A stretch of 64,000 nucleotides of DNA from assembly GCA_963666055.2 (NCBI GenBank), contig CAXWPH010000012.1, positions 160,001 to 224,000 on the forward strand, written 5' to 3'. Source of the DNA: Acidobacteriota bacterium. Its GTDB lineage: Bacteria; Acidobacteriota; UBA890; WLXD01. The position numbers and the translations under genes are program-made. Below, piece after piece: positions 40,656 to 52,136 of the stretch; within the stretch, counting starts at the first letter, position 1, and each line of letters opens with the position of its first letter. The notes beneath the pieces were generated by a model. That model made no database searches. It was not told the DNA's origin and saw only the letters and a program-made list of their open reading frames with translations.

Positions 40656-40929
40656 CGGGGGCTCGGTGCGGGGGCGACCTCCGGGTCGCCGTCCGATGCC
40701 GGCCCAGAAGGGTCTGCCGAAGGCTCTCAACCGATCGGCAAACGGGTTCGAGGTGATTCTCTCGCCGCCGTTATGCTCTGCCAGGGGGGTCGTCTCCGCG
40801 TGCCCAGAGGGCACCGTGATCCGCACGCCGCAAGGTGAGTGGCCGGGTACCCGCTCGGCCGATAGGCTTCAGACGCCACCCACCATGCTGTGAAGGCAAC
40901 TGGACTCGACGACTCTGGGGCTCACCGCC

Positions 40930-42263
40930 ATGAAAGCTCTTTTCTCCTGCACCTCGTTTCGAGGCCGATTGCTCGCCGCCACCCGGCGTGGCGCGGCGCT
41001 GTCCGGCGTCGCCGGGCTGGCGCTGATGACTACGGCAGTGGCAGCCGCCCAGCAGCCGCCGGGCCCGCTGTTGCTGGTGCCCGATAGGGTCTTCGACGGC
41101 GAACGCAGCCACCAGGGCTGGGCGGTGTTGGTGGAGGGCGAGCGGATTGTCCAGGTGGGTCCCGCCGCCGAGCTCGTGACAACCGCCGATGCCAGGGTGG
41201 TGCGGCTCGCGGATGCGACGTTGCTGCCGGGCCTCATCGAGGGGCACTCGCACTTCCTGCTGCACCCATACGACGAGACCTCGTGGACCGATCAGGTGCT
41301 ACGCGAATCGTTGGCCGAACGCACCGCTCGTGCGGTCGTGCACGCCCGCAAGACCCTGCTGGCCGGGGTTACGACGGTGCGCGACCTGGGCACCGAGGGT
41401 GCCGGCTACGCCGATGCCGGGCTCAAGGAAGCAATCGACAAAGGTGTGATACCCGGACCACGCATGCTGGTCGCGACCCAAGCGATCGTCACCACCGGCA
41501 GCTACGGCCCACGTGGCGCCCCCGAGATCCGCTTCCACAAAGGGGCCGAGATCGCCGACGGCCACGACGAGCTGATCCGCGTGGTGCGCGACCAGATCGG
41601 CCGCGGCGCCGACTGGATTAAGGTCTACGCCGACTATCGCTGGGGCCCGGACGGCACGGCGCAGCCGACTTTCACCCAACGCGAGCTAGAGCTCGTCGTC
41701 GAGGTAGCCGAAAGCTCGGGTCGGCGGGTGGTGGCCCACGCCGCTACCGCGGAGGGCATGCGGCGCGCCGCCCTGGCCGGTGTCCGTACCATCGAGCACG
41801 GCGACGGCGGCGATGCCGACACGTTCGCCATCTTGGCTGCCAACGACGTCGCGCTGTGCCCGACGATTGCCGCCGGCGACGCGATCCTGCAGTACAGCGG
41901 CTGGCGAAAGGGAGAAGACCCGGAGCCCGAGCGGGTGCGGAGCAAGCGCGACAGCTTCGCCGCAGCGATGGCCGCCGGTGTGTCCATCTGCTTCGGCGGC
42001 GATGTCGGGGTGTATCCGCACGGCGACAATGTGCGTGAGCTCGAGCTGATGGTGAACTACGGCATGACGCCGAGAGCCGCGCTACGCGCTGCCACCGCCG
42101 GCAACGCCGCCGTCTTCGAGAGCTCGACGAGGATCTCGGCTTCATCCGCGCCGGGATGCTCGCGGATCTCGTCGCAGTACTTGGCGACCCGACGCGCGAC
42201 ATCTCCGCCCTGCGCAACGTGATGCTGGTGATCAAAGGCGGTTCGGTAGTCATCGAGCCATGA
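40930..42263 (+). CDS. metal-dependent amidohydrolase (Xaa-Pro dipeptidase-like), frameshifted near 42120
   Basis: PGLIEGHSH, TTVRDLG, AHA, IEHG, GGDVGV; after gagagctc the family tail LDEDLGFIRAGMLADLVAV..GDP..VIKGG continues in another frame to TGA 42263. Confidence 0.88.
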
Positions 42264-42525
42264 GCAAGAGGCGGATCACGTACGTTGGTCCGAGCGGCTC
42301 GTGGGCCAGGGAAGCGTCAACTTTGTAGCTGCGCCTTACTTCAGCCTTGGCGGTCACACGTCGGGCGCGTCAGGAGGAACGCCGGTGACACGCGCTCGCC
42401 TGGTTCGACGAGTACCTCTACGGCGCCGACACGCCGGATTTCGTCCACCCGGTTCCACTGAAGGAGTAGGCGCTAGTCGCCCCTCGATCTGGGATCGGAG
42501 CTACCGCCGCCGCCGCCGGCGACGC

Positions 42526-43494
42526 TCAGCTGTTTTCTCGCGCCCAGCGCTCCAGGTAGCCGACGTAGCGTCGCAGCTCCCGGCTGAGGTCGCCCATCGA
42601 GGTGATGTCCTCGATGCTCAGCGGGACCGAAAACGCCACCGTACCAGTGTCTGCCCTCACCAGCTCGAGATGGCCCTGCAACGCGTGCGTGAGCGGCTCT
42701 TCGGTGCCAGTCATATGCGTGTTGGGGTTGGCGTTTGTCGACATCATCTCGGCGTCGACCACCTCCGTTGGCAGATCGCCCGGGTTGCTGGCCGAGTCGG
42801 CGTAGGCGGCATTGCCGTAGTCGCTGACGCTGAGCGCGACCACGTACTCGGCGAGCTCTCGGGCACGCACCAGGCCGAATCCGGGTGAGTTCCGGAGCGC
42901 CTGCCCGAGCTGTTGCTGCACGGTCGCCAGCTCTCCCTGACCGAGCATCAGTGCGTTGTCCAGGCCGGTGTCGTGTTCTCTTACCGACGTATCCATCTCC
43001 GCGACGAAAGCGCGCGGTGCCTTGAGCCGTTCCTTCAGGTCGCGGGGCGGATCGGCCACCTCCTTCAGCTGCTCGATCTCGAGGCTCATGTTCCGGCCCG
43101 CCTGATGGGCAAGGATAGTTTGCTCCCAGCAGATGTCGTAGTCACCCAGGCCGAAGGACGCAATCCCAGCCCAGAAGTAGATATCGGCTACCCCGGGATT
43201 GAGATCGTCGGCGGCCAGAAACGCCTCTAGCGCGCCTTTCTCATCTCCGAGCTGTCCAAGAGCCATACCCTTGAGAAACTGTGCCGTCCACAGGCCGCCA
43301 TCCTCCTGCAGGGCGCTGTCGAGCAATCGCAGAGCGAACTCCGCTTCATCGTGATCAATATGCCATTGAGCCCTTCGAATCGTCTGATCTTGTAGCTCGG
43401 CCTCGACCTCTTGCGCAGCTGCGCCCGCCGCACTCGGTGACACCGTCGCAGCGAGCGTGACCAGCACCAGCGTCGCCGTCGAAATGGAGCTCAT
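42526..43494 (-). CDS. secreted tetratricopeptide-repeat protein
   Basis: Signal peptide and TPR-like helices (AQFLKGMALGQLG, IYFWAGIASFGLG). Confidence 0.75.
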   Translation of the reverse strand: MSSISTATLVLVTLAATVSPSAAGAAAQEVEAELQDQTIRRAQWHIDHDEAEFALRLLDSALQEDGGLWTAQFLKGMALGQLGDEKGALEAFLAADDLNPGVADIYFWAGIASFGLGDYDICWEQTILAHQAGRNMSLEIEQLKEVADPPRDLKERLKAPRAFVAEMDTSVREHDTGLDNALMLGQGELATVQQQLGQALRNSPGFGLVRARELAEYVVALSVSDYGNAAYADSASNPGDLPTEVVDAEMMSTNANPNTHMTGTEEPLTHALQGHLELVRADTGTVAFSVPLSIEDITSMGDLSRELRRYVGYLERWARENS

Positions 43495-43621
43495 GGAGGT
43501 GTCCTTCACGGTAGGAGGCTCGCGGCCGCAGCCTGAGCGCCGCCTGATTCTACCGCAGCCGAACAGCTTCCGGTCTGTTGTCGACGGCACATTCGTGACC
43601 TGCGGCCGACCCGTGCGCCGG

Positions 43622-44749
43622 TCAGATCCGCAGGAAGACCCGCTTTCGGTAGAGGAGGTACAAGAACCCCCATTCGACGAGCACGAAGCCGCTCCACCAG
43701 AGCGTCGCTCTGGCGGGCTCGCTGAACGGTCTCAGCAAGCCCTGCAGGAAGAAGTCCGTCGAGTGGCCGAAGTCGACGATCAACCCGGCCATGTAGATGA
43801 GGATGGAGTTCATGCCGATGACGATGAAGAACATCGCCCATCGCCTCTTGCCCCACACGTCGATCACCGCGTAGAAGGCGGCGAGCAGGAGCAGGCTCCA
43901 CCCGCCGGCATATAAGACGAAGGAGCTCGTCCACAAGTTCTTGTTGATCGGAAAGACCAGATCCCAGAGCGCCCCGGACAGCAAGCCCACCGCACCGGCC
44001 CCGATCAAGATCCAAACCTTGCGCACGGCTGTGACGCCGGCATGGCGGCTGCGCAGCAGATGACCGGCGAACGCCCCGAGCAGTGCTGTCGAGATCGCTG
44101 GAATCGTCGACAGCAATCCCTCCGGATCATGGACACCCAGGTGCAGCCTGCCGGGAATCAGTAGTCGATCGAGGTAGCCAGCGAGGCTCCCGTCCACGGT
44201 CAGCTGGCCGGCGCCGTGGCCGGGCACCGGGATCAGCGTCATGGCTGCCCAATAGCCGAGAAGCAAGCTAGCGAACCAAGCGACCTGCGCGCGCCAGCGA
44301 GTGTTCAACACAATGAGAGCAGCGAACATATACGCCAAACCGATCCTCCCCAGCACGCTGGGGTAGCGCATCTGCTCGGCGCTCACGCGGAACAGCCCGT
44401 TGTTGTAGACGACTCCCAGGGCGACCAACACGAGGCCGCGCCGGACGACGTGGAGGATCAGCGCCCGCTTGTCCTCGCCGCGCTCCAGGCGCCCGGTTAG
44501 CGAGAACGGCATCGCCACGCCAGCGACAAACAGAAAGAGCGGGAAGATCAGGTCGTAGAAGACGAACCCGTCCCATTCGACATGACGTAGCTGGATCGAG
44601 CCCCACACTGCCAACGACCAGCCGGTGAGCTCGGCGAGCGCGTGGACGATGTCCTCGCCGCCGATGATCCAGAACATTACGAAGCCGCGCAGGGCATCCA
44701 GTGACCCTAAGCGAGCAGCACGCGTTGAGGGCGCTGCCAACGAACCCAC
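43622..44749 (-). CDS. DUF5009 / heparan-alpha-glucosaminide N-acetyltransferase-like membrane protein
   Basis: SLDALRG, DLIFPLFLF, VLGRIG, DPEG, PINKNLWTSSFVL. Confidence 0.92.
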   Translation of the reverse strand: MGSLAAPSTRAARLGSLDALRGFVMFWIIGGEDIVHALAELTGWSLAVWGSIQLRHVEWDGFVFYDLIFPLFLFVAGVAMPFSLTGRLERGEDKRALILHVVRRGLVLVALGVVYNNGLFRVSAEQMRYPSVLGRIGLAYMFAALIVLNTRWRAQVAWFASLLLGYWAAMTLIPVPGHGAGQLTVDGSLAGYLDRLLIPGRLHLGVHDPEGLLSTIPAISTALLGAFAGHLLRSRHAGVTAVRKVWILIGAGAVGLLSGALWDLVFPINKNLWTSSFVLYAGGWSLLLLAAFYAVIDVWGKRRWAMFFIVIGMNSILIYMAGLIVDFGHSTDFFLQGLLRPFSEPARATLWWSGFVLVEWGFLYLLYRKRVFLRI

Positions 44750-44765
44750 GCGGCGGTTCGCCTGG

Positions 44766-47091
44766 CTACTCGCCTTCCACCACCTGCAACGGCATCAGCC
44801 GGATCGCCTGGCCATCGGCGGTCGTATCCACTAACTGCAGCTCGACCAGGTACTCGTCGGGGTCGAGATACGGCAGCGGCAGAACCCCGCCGTGTACGCC
44901 GGGCCCCTCCAGCTGCAGTGCCTGGGGCCGGCACTTCGGCGATGGTACGTCGCGTGGCGCGATGGAAGATCGAAGCAGAAACGTAGGGGCTCGTGGCGCC
45001 GCGAACCTGAACGCTCGCGGAGATCTGGATGCCCGCAGGCACGCCCTGCTCTAGCAAGGGTCTGAGCCCGGCATCGGCGTCCACCACCACGAGCATCGGG
45101 TCCGCCATCGTCCACCCAGCGCTGGACGGAACCCGTATCTGCAGCCTTGAGGTGCCGAGTCGGTCACCGCCGTCTTCGGCCACCAGCAGACGGATATCGT
45201 AGGTCCCCGGCTCGACCGACCACTCCGTCGTATAGCGGAAGTGTCGGAAGGCTGCATCAGGTGCGTACTCCGCCAGATCCGCACGTGGCTGAACCACCTC
45301 GTGGGTCTCGCCGCTGATCTCGCCGGCACGGTTCAACACGATCGCATGGACGCGGAAGAACGGGATGCCGAGCATGTCGATCATTGCCTCGGGGATATCC
45401 TCGGCGGGATCGATTCCTCCGAACGCCGGTGCCCAGCTACCGGTGACCGCCTCTGCGGGCCGTGGCAACCCGGCAACCAGCACGATCTTGGCCGAGCCGT
45501 CGGCCTCAAAACGGTGGAACGCCGCGGTAGGCACGGGGCGTCCCATGACCGAACCCGGCAAGGCCAAGGCGGCGGCTACCTTGAGCGTCTCGAGCTCCGA
45601 GCCCGGCAGCTCTCGATAGCCTGGCCGCGCTCGCACCTCGGCATCCGGGTAGCTCACCCGCACCTCGATCTCGTGGTATTCACCATCCTCGTGCGGCGCT
45701 GGCGGCTCATAGAAGATCAGGTAGAACTGCGTCGAGTCGTTGTATTGCTCCTCGAACGCCCGGTCGAGATCACCCCAGCCGATGAACGCCCGGCCGCCGG
45801 TCTTGGCAGCCAACTCCACGAGCGGTGCGGTGAGGTCGCGATAGGCCGGCCGGACGTGGCGTCGCAATGCCGTGGAGACCAAGCCCTGGCCAATGGCGGC
45901 GCTGGTGCCGAGGCTGTTGAGCTCCGAGATCGGTCGCGGATCGACCGTGTAGATGCTCACGTTACCCGTGTTCGCCGTCTCGTACACCTCCTGCATCAAG
46001 TCCAGGATATGCGTATTGGGTGCCGACCTTGCCAGAGTCGATGTTCCCATCGGAGCGTCGACCGCCTCACGTACCGCTGCCGAGAACGCCGAGTAGGGTC
46101 CACCCTCGGTGATCATCGCACCCGACGAGATCCACACCAGGGCGGTGCGGCCCTCCATTGCCGACAAGGCGTTGGTGAACTGAAGAAGTGTGCGGAGCGT
46201 CCGTTCGCCGCGCAGACGCTCGACCTCGCCGTCTCTCTCGGCCTTTCGCTCTAGATTCTCGACGATGTTGCGCACCGTAATGGGCATGGAGTCGTCCAGG
46301 CCTCGTGCGCCGGCCGACGCCGCATTCTGCGCGTCGATAGCCAGCTGCATCAGTGGCTGATACTCGCGCTCCATGCGGCTGAAGATAGACGTGCTCGTTA
46401 GCCCTGCCGCCGCCACCGCCGCCGCCGTGTTACGAAGCACTTCACGATCGGTCGTCAATGGGGCCAGCTCCTGAACGGTGCCGCTGTTATCGATCATGAA
46501 CACGCTGCGCGGTACCTCCAGGTCGCCCTCCCCTTCGAAGAACGCCTCGAAAGTCTTGGTCAGCCGCGGCTTGTTCCGTCGATCCAGACTCGGCAGGTCG
46601 ACCAGATAGACGACCGCACCCAGACTCGCCGGGCTTCGCCGGACCGGCGTGGGCTCCGCCGGCGCGTTGGGCGGTTGCGGGCGCGCCAGCGGTTGGCTGT
46701 CCCCCGGGTTGCCGTCAATGTCGCCATTGAACGCCGTGGCCGCCTCGTCATGAGATGCCACGGTGGTGACCTGTCCTTCTGTCAGGCTGACGAACTGGAC
46801 GTTCAAGATCTCCTGCTCGACCCCGTCCTCGAAGACCCGGAAGTCGTCCGCCTTCAAGTCGTCGATAAAGCTGCCGTCTTTGTCGGAAACGATGGCGTCG
46901 ACACGCACGCGCGTCACCGCGGACCGAAAGTTCGGTTTCTGTGTCGGCAGCGCCTCCTGCGCCAACTTCCCAGACGACGTCGCACTCGAGCTCGCGCCAG
47001 CCGCCACGCCGGCGCTCGAAACCGCCGGCCCCGTGAAGGTCAACGCCAGGAGGAGCCCGAAAAACCGAATCGCGCGCTCGCGCTCTTTCAC
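44766..47091 (-). CDS. Acidobacterial-type VWA-domain protein, frameshifted near 44927
   Basis: FRSAVTRVRVDAIVSDKDG..DLKADDFRVFEDG, IYTVDPR, TGGR, RARPGY; removing one base of the G4 run gives PAQALQLEG...YLVELQL...VVEGE* ending before the next gene. Confidence 0.85.
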
Positions 47092-47189
47092 CGAAGATCT
47101 CCTGCGCCCCAGGGCATCTCACACATCGCCTTAAACCTATCTGCCGGGCACGGGCCGGTTCAACTGCCCGCCAACCCTGGATGTGGGCG

Positions 47190-47420
47190 TCGCCGCCATC
47201 GCCGCACCTATTGTCTCGGATCGCCGGTACTCATCGCCCAGCTTGCGCTCGAGCTTGGCTGCCTCACGCAGAACGACACCGCCGTGCATGATCAATCTGC
47301 TGGGGACGATGGCCGCGATGATGAGAAGACTATCAAACGACGCTCCAATGCCGAGCTAAGCAAGGAAAAGACTGCGACACCTCGGGTTCCCGCGGCCATC
47401 GGAGCGGCCCCTTGTCGAGG
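47190..47420 (-). pseudogene. remnant of isoprenylcysteine carboxylmethyltransferase-family gene
   Basis: Manual translation: GPLRWPR / SLFLA*LGIG...IMHGGVVLREAAKLERKLGDEYRR resembles ICMT C-terminus; stop and frameshifts. Confidence 0.55.
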
Positions 47421-47508
47421 TCATCCGGGTCGGGTCGTTGCGTCCGGTGTGCGCGGGCTCCATTCTACTGGTCGCCGCGTCCACGCCCCTTGGATCAGGA
47501 GATTTCGG

Positions 47509-49032
47509 ATGAGCGAGCGCCGAGCTTCAAAGATACCGACGACAAGGACGCTGGCGGCCGGGTTGATCCTCACCCTCGGCGCTTGGGCAAACGGACAGGA
47601 ACCCGCCGACATCCCGCGGTTGGAGCCGGCGGAATGCGTCACCGAGGAACTGGCGGCCGCCGTCGCAGATTGCTATCGCTTCTACGCACAGGAGAATCGC
47701 GACCACCCCAACGGTACGGTGGTCGAGCTACCCCTGGGGATCATCCCGCCAAAGAGCGGCACCGCGCCGTCCGTTGACCCTCTGTTTTACTTTCCCGGCG
47801 GCCCCGGCGGGTCACCGCTCCGCGGCTTCGACTGGTTGCTCGACGTAAGCGGTGATCGCGCCGTCGTCGTCATTGATCATCGCGGGTTCGCCAACGCCAA
47901 GCCACACCTGGAGTGCCCGGGAAGTCAGCTCTCTCCATGGTTCAACCAGCTGTCGCCAGCGATCGTCTCATCCACCGACACCTGGGAGCGGCTGCGCATC
48001 CATGCCGAATCCGTCGAGCGCTGCTACGAGAAACTGGTCGGCGAGGGCATCGACGTTGCCCACTACAACGAGTACGACGTTGCCCGCGACGTTGACGAGA
48101 TTCGTGCCCTGCTCGGCTACGACAAGATCAACATCCTCGGTTGGTCGACCGGCGGCGGTGGGGTGATCTCGTACTTGCGCTACTACCAGGAAAACGTGCG
48201 CTCCATGGTCCTCGGCGCGCCGTGGTTCGGCGAATACCGCAACCGCGCCGCGATCGACGAGTTCTACACCTTGAAACAAAAGTACACGGACATCCTGGGG
48301 CTCTGTGTGGCCGAGGATCCACACTGCCGAGAGCTGCTGCCCGCCTGGTACTACGCCATCGATCGCGCCCGGCGCGCCCTCGACGAAAAGCCCTTCCTGA
48401 GCGCCGTCGAGACCAGCACAGGCGAGCCGCGCACGTTGTCTTTCGACGGCGTCGCGCTGATGGGCAAGATCTACCGCGACTTCGAGAACATCTACGCCAG
48501 GTTGCCGAACGTCCTCTCGAGGATCCAGCGCCATGACTACTCGGCCCTGGACGACTTCTTCGGAACGGATCAGTGGGTCGAGGTGTCGGGCGACAATACT
48601 TCCGGCATTCTCCCCTACGGCTACTACCTGGCACATATCTGTGGCGACCTGGGAACCAACCGTCCCTCCAAAGACGACGTTCGCGCCATGCTCGAGCGCG
48701 AGCCGGCCCTGCTTGGTTTCGAGGACATCAAGATCTGCGCCTGGTGGGGCGTTGATGGCGCCGTTCCGTCCGAACACAACGATCGTTTCCACTCCGAAGT
48801 TCCGGGATTGTCGCTACACGGCCAGGTCGACTCGTGTTGCGGTATTCGTTGGGGGCACTACGTGGCCAGGACCATGCCCAACCTGCAGCTCGTGGAGTTC
48901 CAGGCGCTCGGACACGGGATCCCGGGGACCTGCCGCACGACGATGATCGCGGGCTTCCTCGAAGACCCGTACGCTGTCGTCGACGCTAGCTGCACGAACG
49001 ATGTGCCGCTGGGCCCCTGGGTCTTCCAGTAG
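47509..49032 (+). CDS. alpha/beta hydrolase (TAP-like peptidase), exported
   Basis: PGGPGG, DHRG, GWSTG nucleophile elbow, GQVD, GHG; start MSERR (ORF-track extension spurious). Confidence 0.88.
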   Translation: MSERRASKIPTTRTLAAGLILTLGAWANGQEPADIPRLEPAECVTEELAAAVADCYRFYAQENRDHPNGTVVELPLGIIPPKSGTAPSVDPLFYFPGGPGGSPLRGFDWLLDVSGDRAVVVIDHRGFANAKPHLECPGSQLSPWFNQLSPAIVSSTDTWERLRIHAESVERCYEKLVGEGIDVAHYNEYDVARDVDEIRALLGYDKINILGWSTGGGGVISYLRYYQENVRSMVLGAPWFGEYRNRAAIDEFYTLKQKYTDILGLCVAEDPHCRELLPAWYYAIDRARRALDEKPFLSAVETSTGEPRTLSFDGVALMGKIYRDFENIYARLPNVLSRIQRHDYSALDDFFGTDQWVEVSGDNTSGILPYGYYLAHICGDLGTNRPSKDDVRAMLEREPALLGFEDIKICAWWGVDGAVPSEHNDRFHSEVPGLSLHGQVDSCCGIRWGHYVARTMPNLQLVEFQALGHGIPGTCRTTMIAGFLEDPYAVVDASCTNDVPLGPWVFQ

Positions 49033-49054
49033 ATAACTGCCGACGGAGGGTTTC

Positions 49055-49603
49055 ATGAGCAATGCTGTCATCGGGCTCGGAATCGTCATCGCGCTCCAGC
49101 TCGCCAGCGCGCCTGCGGGCACATTCCTGCAGAGCAGCGCCGAGGTCGCTGCCGCCACGCTCGTAACCGATGCCGAGATTCGAGCTGTCATCGACGCGGC
49201 TCCAGAAGATCGGGTCAGCGACGTGCAGTTCCGCATGGTGGACGCCGGCGGGTACAACGTCGGCATCGGCGTGGTACAGCGGCCCGCATCGGCGCCCGGG
49301 GGTGCGATCGAACACGACAAGCAAACCGAGATCTACCGCGTCCTGGCGGGTTCGGGGACGCTGATCACGGGTGGCGAGCTGATCGACGGTCAGCGTCTCC
49401 CCTCCGACGGCGACGTCGTCAAGCAGCTGACCGGCCCGAGCTCCTACGGCAGCGGCATTCGAGGCGGCGAAAGCCGGCAGATCACAGCCGGCGACATGGT
49501 CATCATCCCGGCCGGTGTGCCGCACGGGTTCAGCGAGCTGCAGACGGACATCATCTACCTGGTGGTACGGGTGGATCCAGAGCAGCTCGTGCAACTCAAG
49601 TGA
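49055..49603 (+). CDS. cupin-domain protein, exported
   Basis: EHDKQTEIY..GSG, GDMVIIPAGVPHGF; GGAGG RBS. Confidence 0.85.
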   Translation: MSNAVIGLGIVIALQLASAPAGTFLQSSAEVAAATLVTDAEIRAVIDAAPEDRVSDVQFRMVDAGGYNVGIGVVQRPASAPGGAIEHDKQTEIYRVLAGSGTLITGGELIDGQRLPSDGDVVKQLTGPSSYGSGIRGGESRQITAGDMVIIPAGVPHGFSELQTDIIYLVVRVDPEQLVQLK

Positions 49604-50565
49604 CGGGTGACGCGGCGTTTCGGCGCAAGCATCTCAAAGGCAGCGGCATCGAGTCGACGTACGCCGGGGCGCTGTCGTTCATGCGGCGCAAGTACACCCG
49701 TGACCTGGCCGGGGTCGATATCGCGGTCACCGGCATCCCGTTCGACCAGGCCACCAGCAACCGTCCCGGCACACGCCTCGGGCCTCAGGGGGTGCGGCAA
49801 GCATCGGCGAACTACGCCTGGGGACCGCAGTGGCCATGGATGTTCGACCCGTTCGACACCTTGGCGGTCACCGACTACGGCGATTGCCTGCTCGACTATG
49901 GCAGCCCGACGAAGGCGCCAGGCGCGATCGAGACACACATCAGCGGAATCATAGCCGGCGGCGCATCGTCGCTGGCGATCGGCGGCGATCACTACGTCAC
50001 CTACCCGATTCTACGAGCCTACGCCGAGGACCATGGACCGCTATCGTTGATTCAGTTCGATGCGCACCGGGACGTAGAACCCGGCGGGCGCGAGCGCATC
50101 GACCACGGAACCATGTTTGGCCAGGCTATTCGGGACGGCGTCATCGATCCGCAACGGTCGGTGCAGATCGGCATCCGCACCACCTACCCAGGCGAGCAAG
50201 TGTTCGGCATGCGGGTTCTATACGTCGACGAGGTCCACGCTTCCTCGGCCGAGGAGATCGCTGAGGAGATCCAACGCACGGTCGGCGATCGCAAAGCTTA
50301 TCTGACCTTTGACATCGATTGTCTCGATCCGGCCTTTGCGCCCGGCACCGGCACTCCTGTACCTGGCGGCCTGAGCACGCACCAGGCGTTGTCTATCCTG
50401 CGAAAGCTGACAGATATCGACTATGTTGGCATGGACCTCGTCGAGGTTTCGCCGCCGTACGATCACGCCCAGATCACGTTGCTCGCCGGGGCGGCGATTG
50501 TGCTCGAGTACCTGTGTATCCGCGCCTGGCAAGGCGGCGCACGCGGCACCCAGATGCCGGACTGA
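49600..50565 (+). CDS. speB: agmatinase / ureohydrolase
   Basis: RPGTRLGP, GGDH, FDAHRD, DHGT, FDIDCLDP, PGTGTP. Confidence 0.92.
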   Translation: MTGDAAFRRKHLKGSGIESTYAGALSFMRRKYTRDLAGVDIAVTGIPFDQATSNRPGTRLGPQGVRQASANYAWGPQWPWMFDPFDTLAVTDYGDCLLDYGSPTKAPGAIETHISGIIAGGASSLAIGGDHYVTYPILRAYAEDHGPLSLIQFDAHRDVEPGGRERIDHGTMFGQAIRDGVIDPQRSVQIGIRTTYPGEQVFGMRVLYVDEVHASSAEEIAEEIQRTVGDRKAYLTFDIDCLDPAFAPGTGTPVPGGLSTHQALSILRKLTDIDYVGMDLVEVSPPYDHAQITLLAGAAIVLEYLCIRAWQGGARGTQMPD

Positions 50566-50587
50566 GCCCGCGAACAGGGCGGCCCTT

Positions 50588-52060
50588 CTACTGCCTGGTG
50601 AGCGGTCGGATCTTCAGCTCCCAGGCATCGTGATCGTCGGGCCCGGATGGGCCGATCATCCCCTCGGCTGACTTCAGCAACGCCGCCGGGTCGTACACCA
50701 CCCCTGCCTTGATCACCACGCGGACGTTGCGAGCGGTCGAGATGTCCTCCAGCGGGTTGCCCTCGGCAATAAACAGATCCGCGAGCTTGCCGGGTTCGAT
50801 CGAGCCGAGGCGATCCACGACCCCGAGCGCCCGGGCGCCGTTGATCGTGGCGGCCTTCAGCACCGCTGCCGGTGGCAGCCCGGCGTAGGCCATGACCATC
50901 AACTCGCGCTGGTAGGCGAAGCCTGGCAGCCAGGGCCCTGAAGTGGGCTCGTCGGTGCCGATGATGATCAGATCGGCGCCACCCGATTCGAAGAACGCTC
51001 CAACCTCGGCCATCCGCTGGCGAAAGCTCACCGACTCCACGTAGTCGCCTTGGCGCGCCGGGGTGGAGGCCAGACGCTCCCTGATCCGCGTTTGCGCGTA
51101 CGGCGTGAAGAACTTGAACTCGTCGACCCACACCATGTCCAGCTTCGTATGATTGGCCATGTCACCGCCAAACATCTGCAAGTTGGCATCGAAGTAGACC
51201 TGCTCTTCCAAGAACAGGTCGATCAGACGCTCGAGCTCGACCGGGTCCTCGCTGCTGCCACGCGTGATCCAATGCTCGACTCGATCGAGCCCCATCGCAA
51301 TAGCATCCTCGGGCTCAACGTCGTAGCCCCCAGCGTAGTTAGCGAGATGACTCGTGGTCGTCATGCCACGTCGATGCGCCTGGTCGATGAGGATGCGCAT
51401 CTCGTCCGGAGTCGACTGTTTGATCTTGATGCTCGTGACTCCTCGCTGCGCCCAGTAATCCACCTCGGCACGAATCTCCGGCTCGGTGATGTCGTTCGGC
51501 CACGCCGGGCAGTCGTCTTCGGCTGTCTGGATCTGGTACTCGCATCGGAACGCACCGAAGTAGGGTCCAGACGCGAATACGCGCGCCCCGATCGCCTCGC
51601 CACGATCGATCCGGTCGCGCGCTTCGATGACGCGCTCGGGAAAGAACTCCCCCGCCGACCAGGTGGCGGTCACACCGTTTGCCAGAAAGATGATCGAGTT
51701 GTAGGTAACCTCCTCGGCGCGCCCTACCCCCACCATGTTCATGTTGTGGTGCGCGTGGAGATCGATCATCCCCGGCAAGATGGTGGCACCGTCGTCGAGC
51801 TCAATCACCCGTGCCGCCGGGAAATAGCGGCCGCTGAGGTCGGCGCCGACCTCGATAAACTTGCCGTCTCGGATGACGATCCCGGTGTTGCGAACGCGTG
51901 TATCGCGGATGCCGTCGAACAGCCAGCCGCCGGTGATCACGACCTCACGAGGCGGCGCCTGAGCCCACTGTCCGGCCGCCGGCGCCACCCCGGATACCGC
52001 CAGCACCGCCAGCACCACCAGGCCCGCAATATTGGATGCGCGCACCCCTCCCGTCTTCAT
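50588..52060 (-). CDS. amidohydrolase family protein, exported
   Basis: PGMIDLHAH, NGVT, IGTD, GSIEPGKLADL..GNPL. Confidence 0.9.
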   Translation of the reverse strand: MKTGGVRASNIAGLVVLAVLAVSGVAPAAGQWAQAPPREVVITGGWLFDGIRDTRVRNTGIVIRDGKFIEVGADLSGRYFPAARVIELDDGATILPGMIDLHAHHNMNMVGVGRAEEVTYNSIIFLANGVTATWSAGEFFPERVIEARDRIDRGEAIGARVFASGPYFGAFRCEYQIQTAEDDCPAWPNDITEPEIRAEVDYWAQRGVTSIKIKQSTPDEMRILIDQAHRRGMTTTSHLANYAGGYDVEPEDAIAMGLDRVEHWITRGSSEDPVELERLIDLFLEEQVYFDANLQMFGGDMANHTKLDMVWVDEFKFFTPYAQTRIRERLASTPARQGDYVESVSFRQRMAEVGAFFESGGADLIIIGTDEPTSGPWLPGFAYQRELMVMAYAGLPPAAVLKAATINGARALGVVDRLGSIEPGKLADLFIAEGNPLEDISTARNVRVVIKAGVVYDPAALLKSAEGMIGPSGPDDHDAWELKIRPLTRQ

Positions 52061-52136
52061 GTCTCGCCCTCCAGGTCAGCAGTGGAACTCACGCACAGCA
52101 AACTTCGGCCACTGGACTGCCGTCCAACGCGTGCCG

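Noticed and set aside
42370-42469. LAWFDEYLYG peptide resembling an S9 peptidase C-terminus
   Set aside because: Too short to support; may be a remnant but needs BLASTx.
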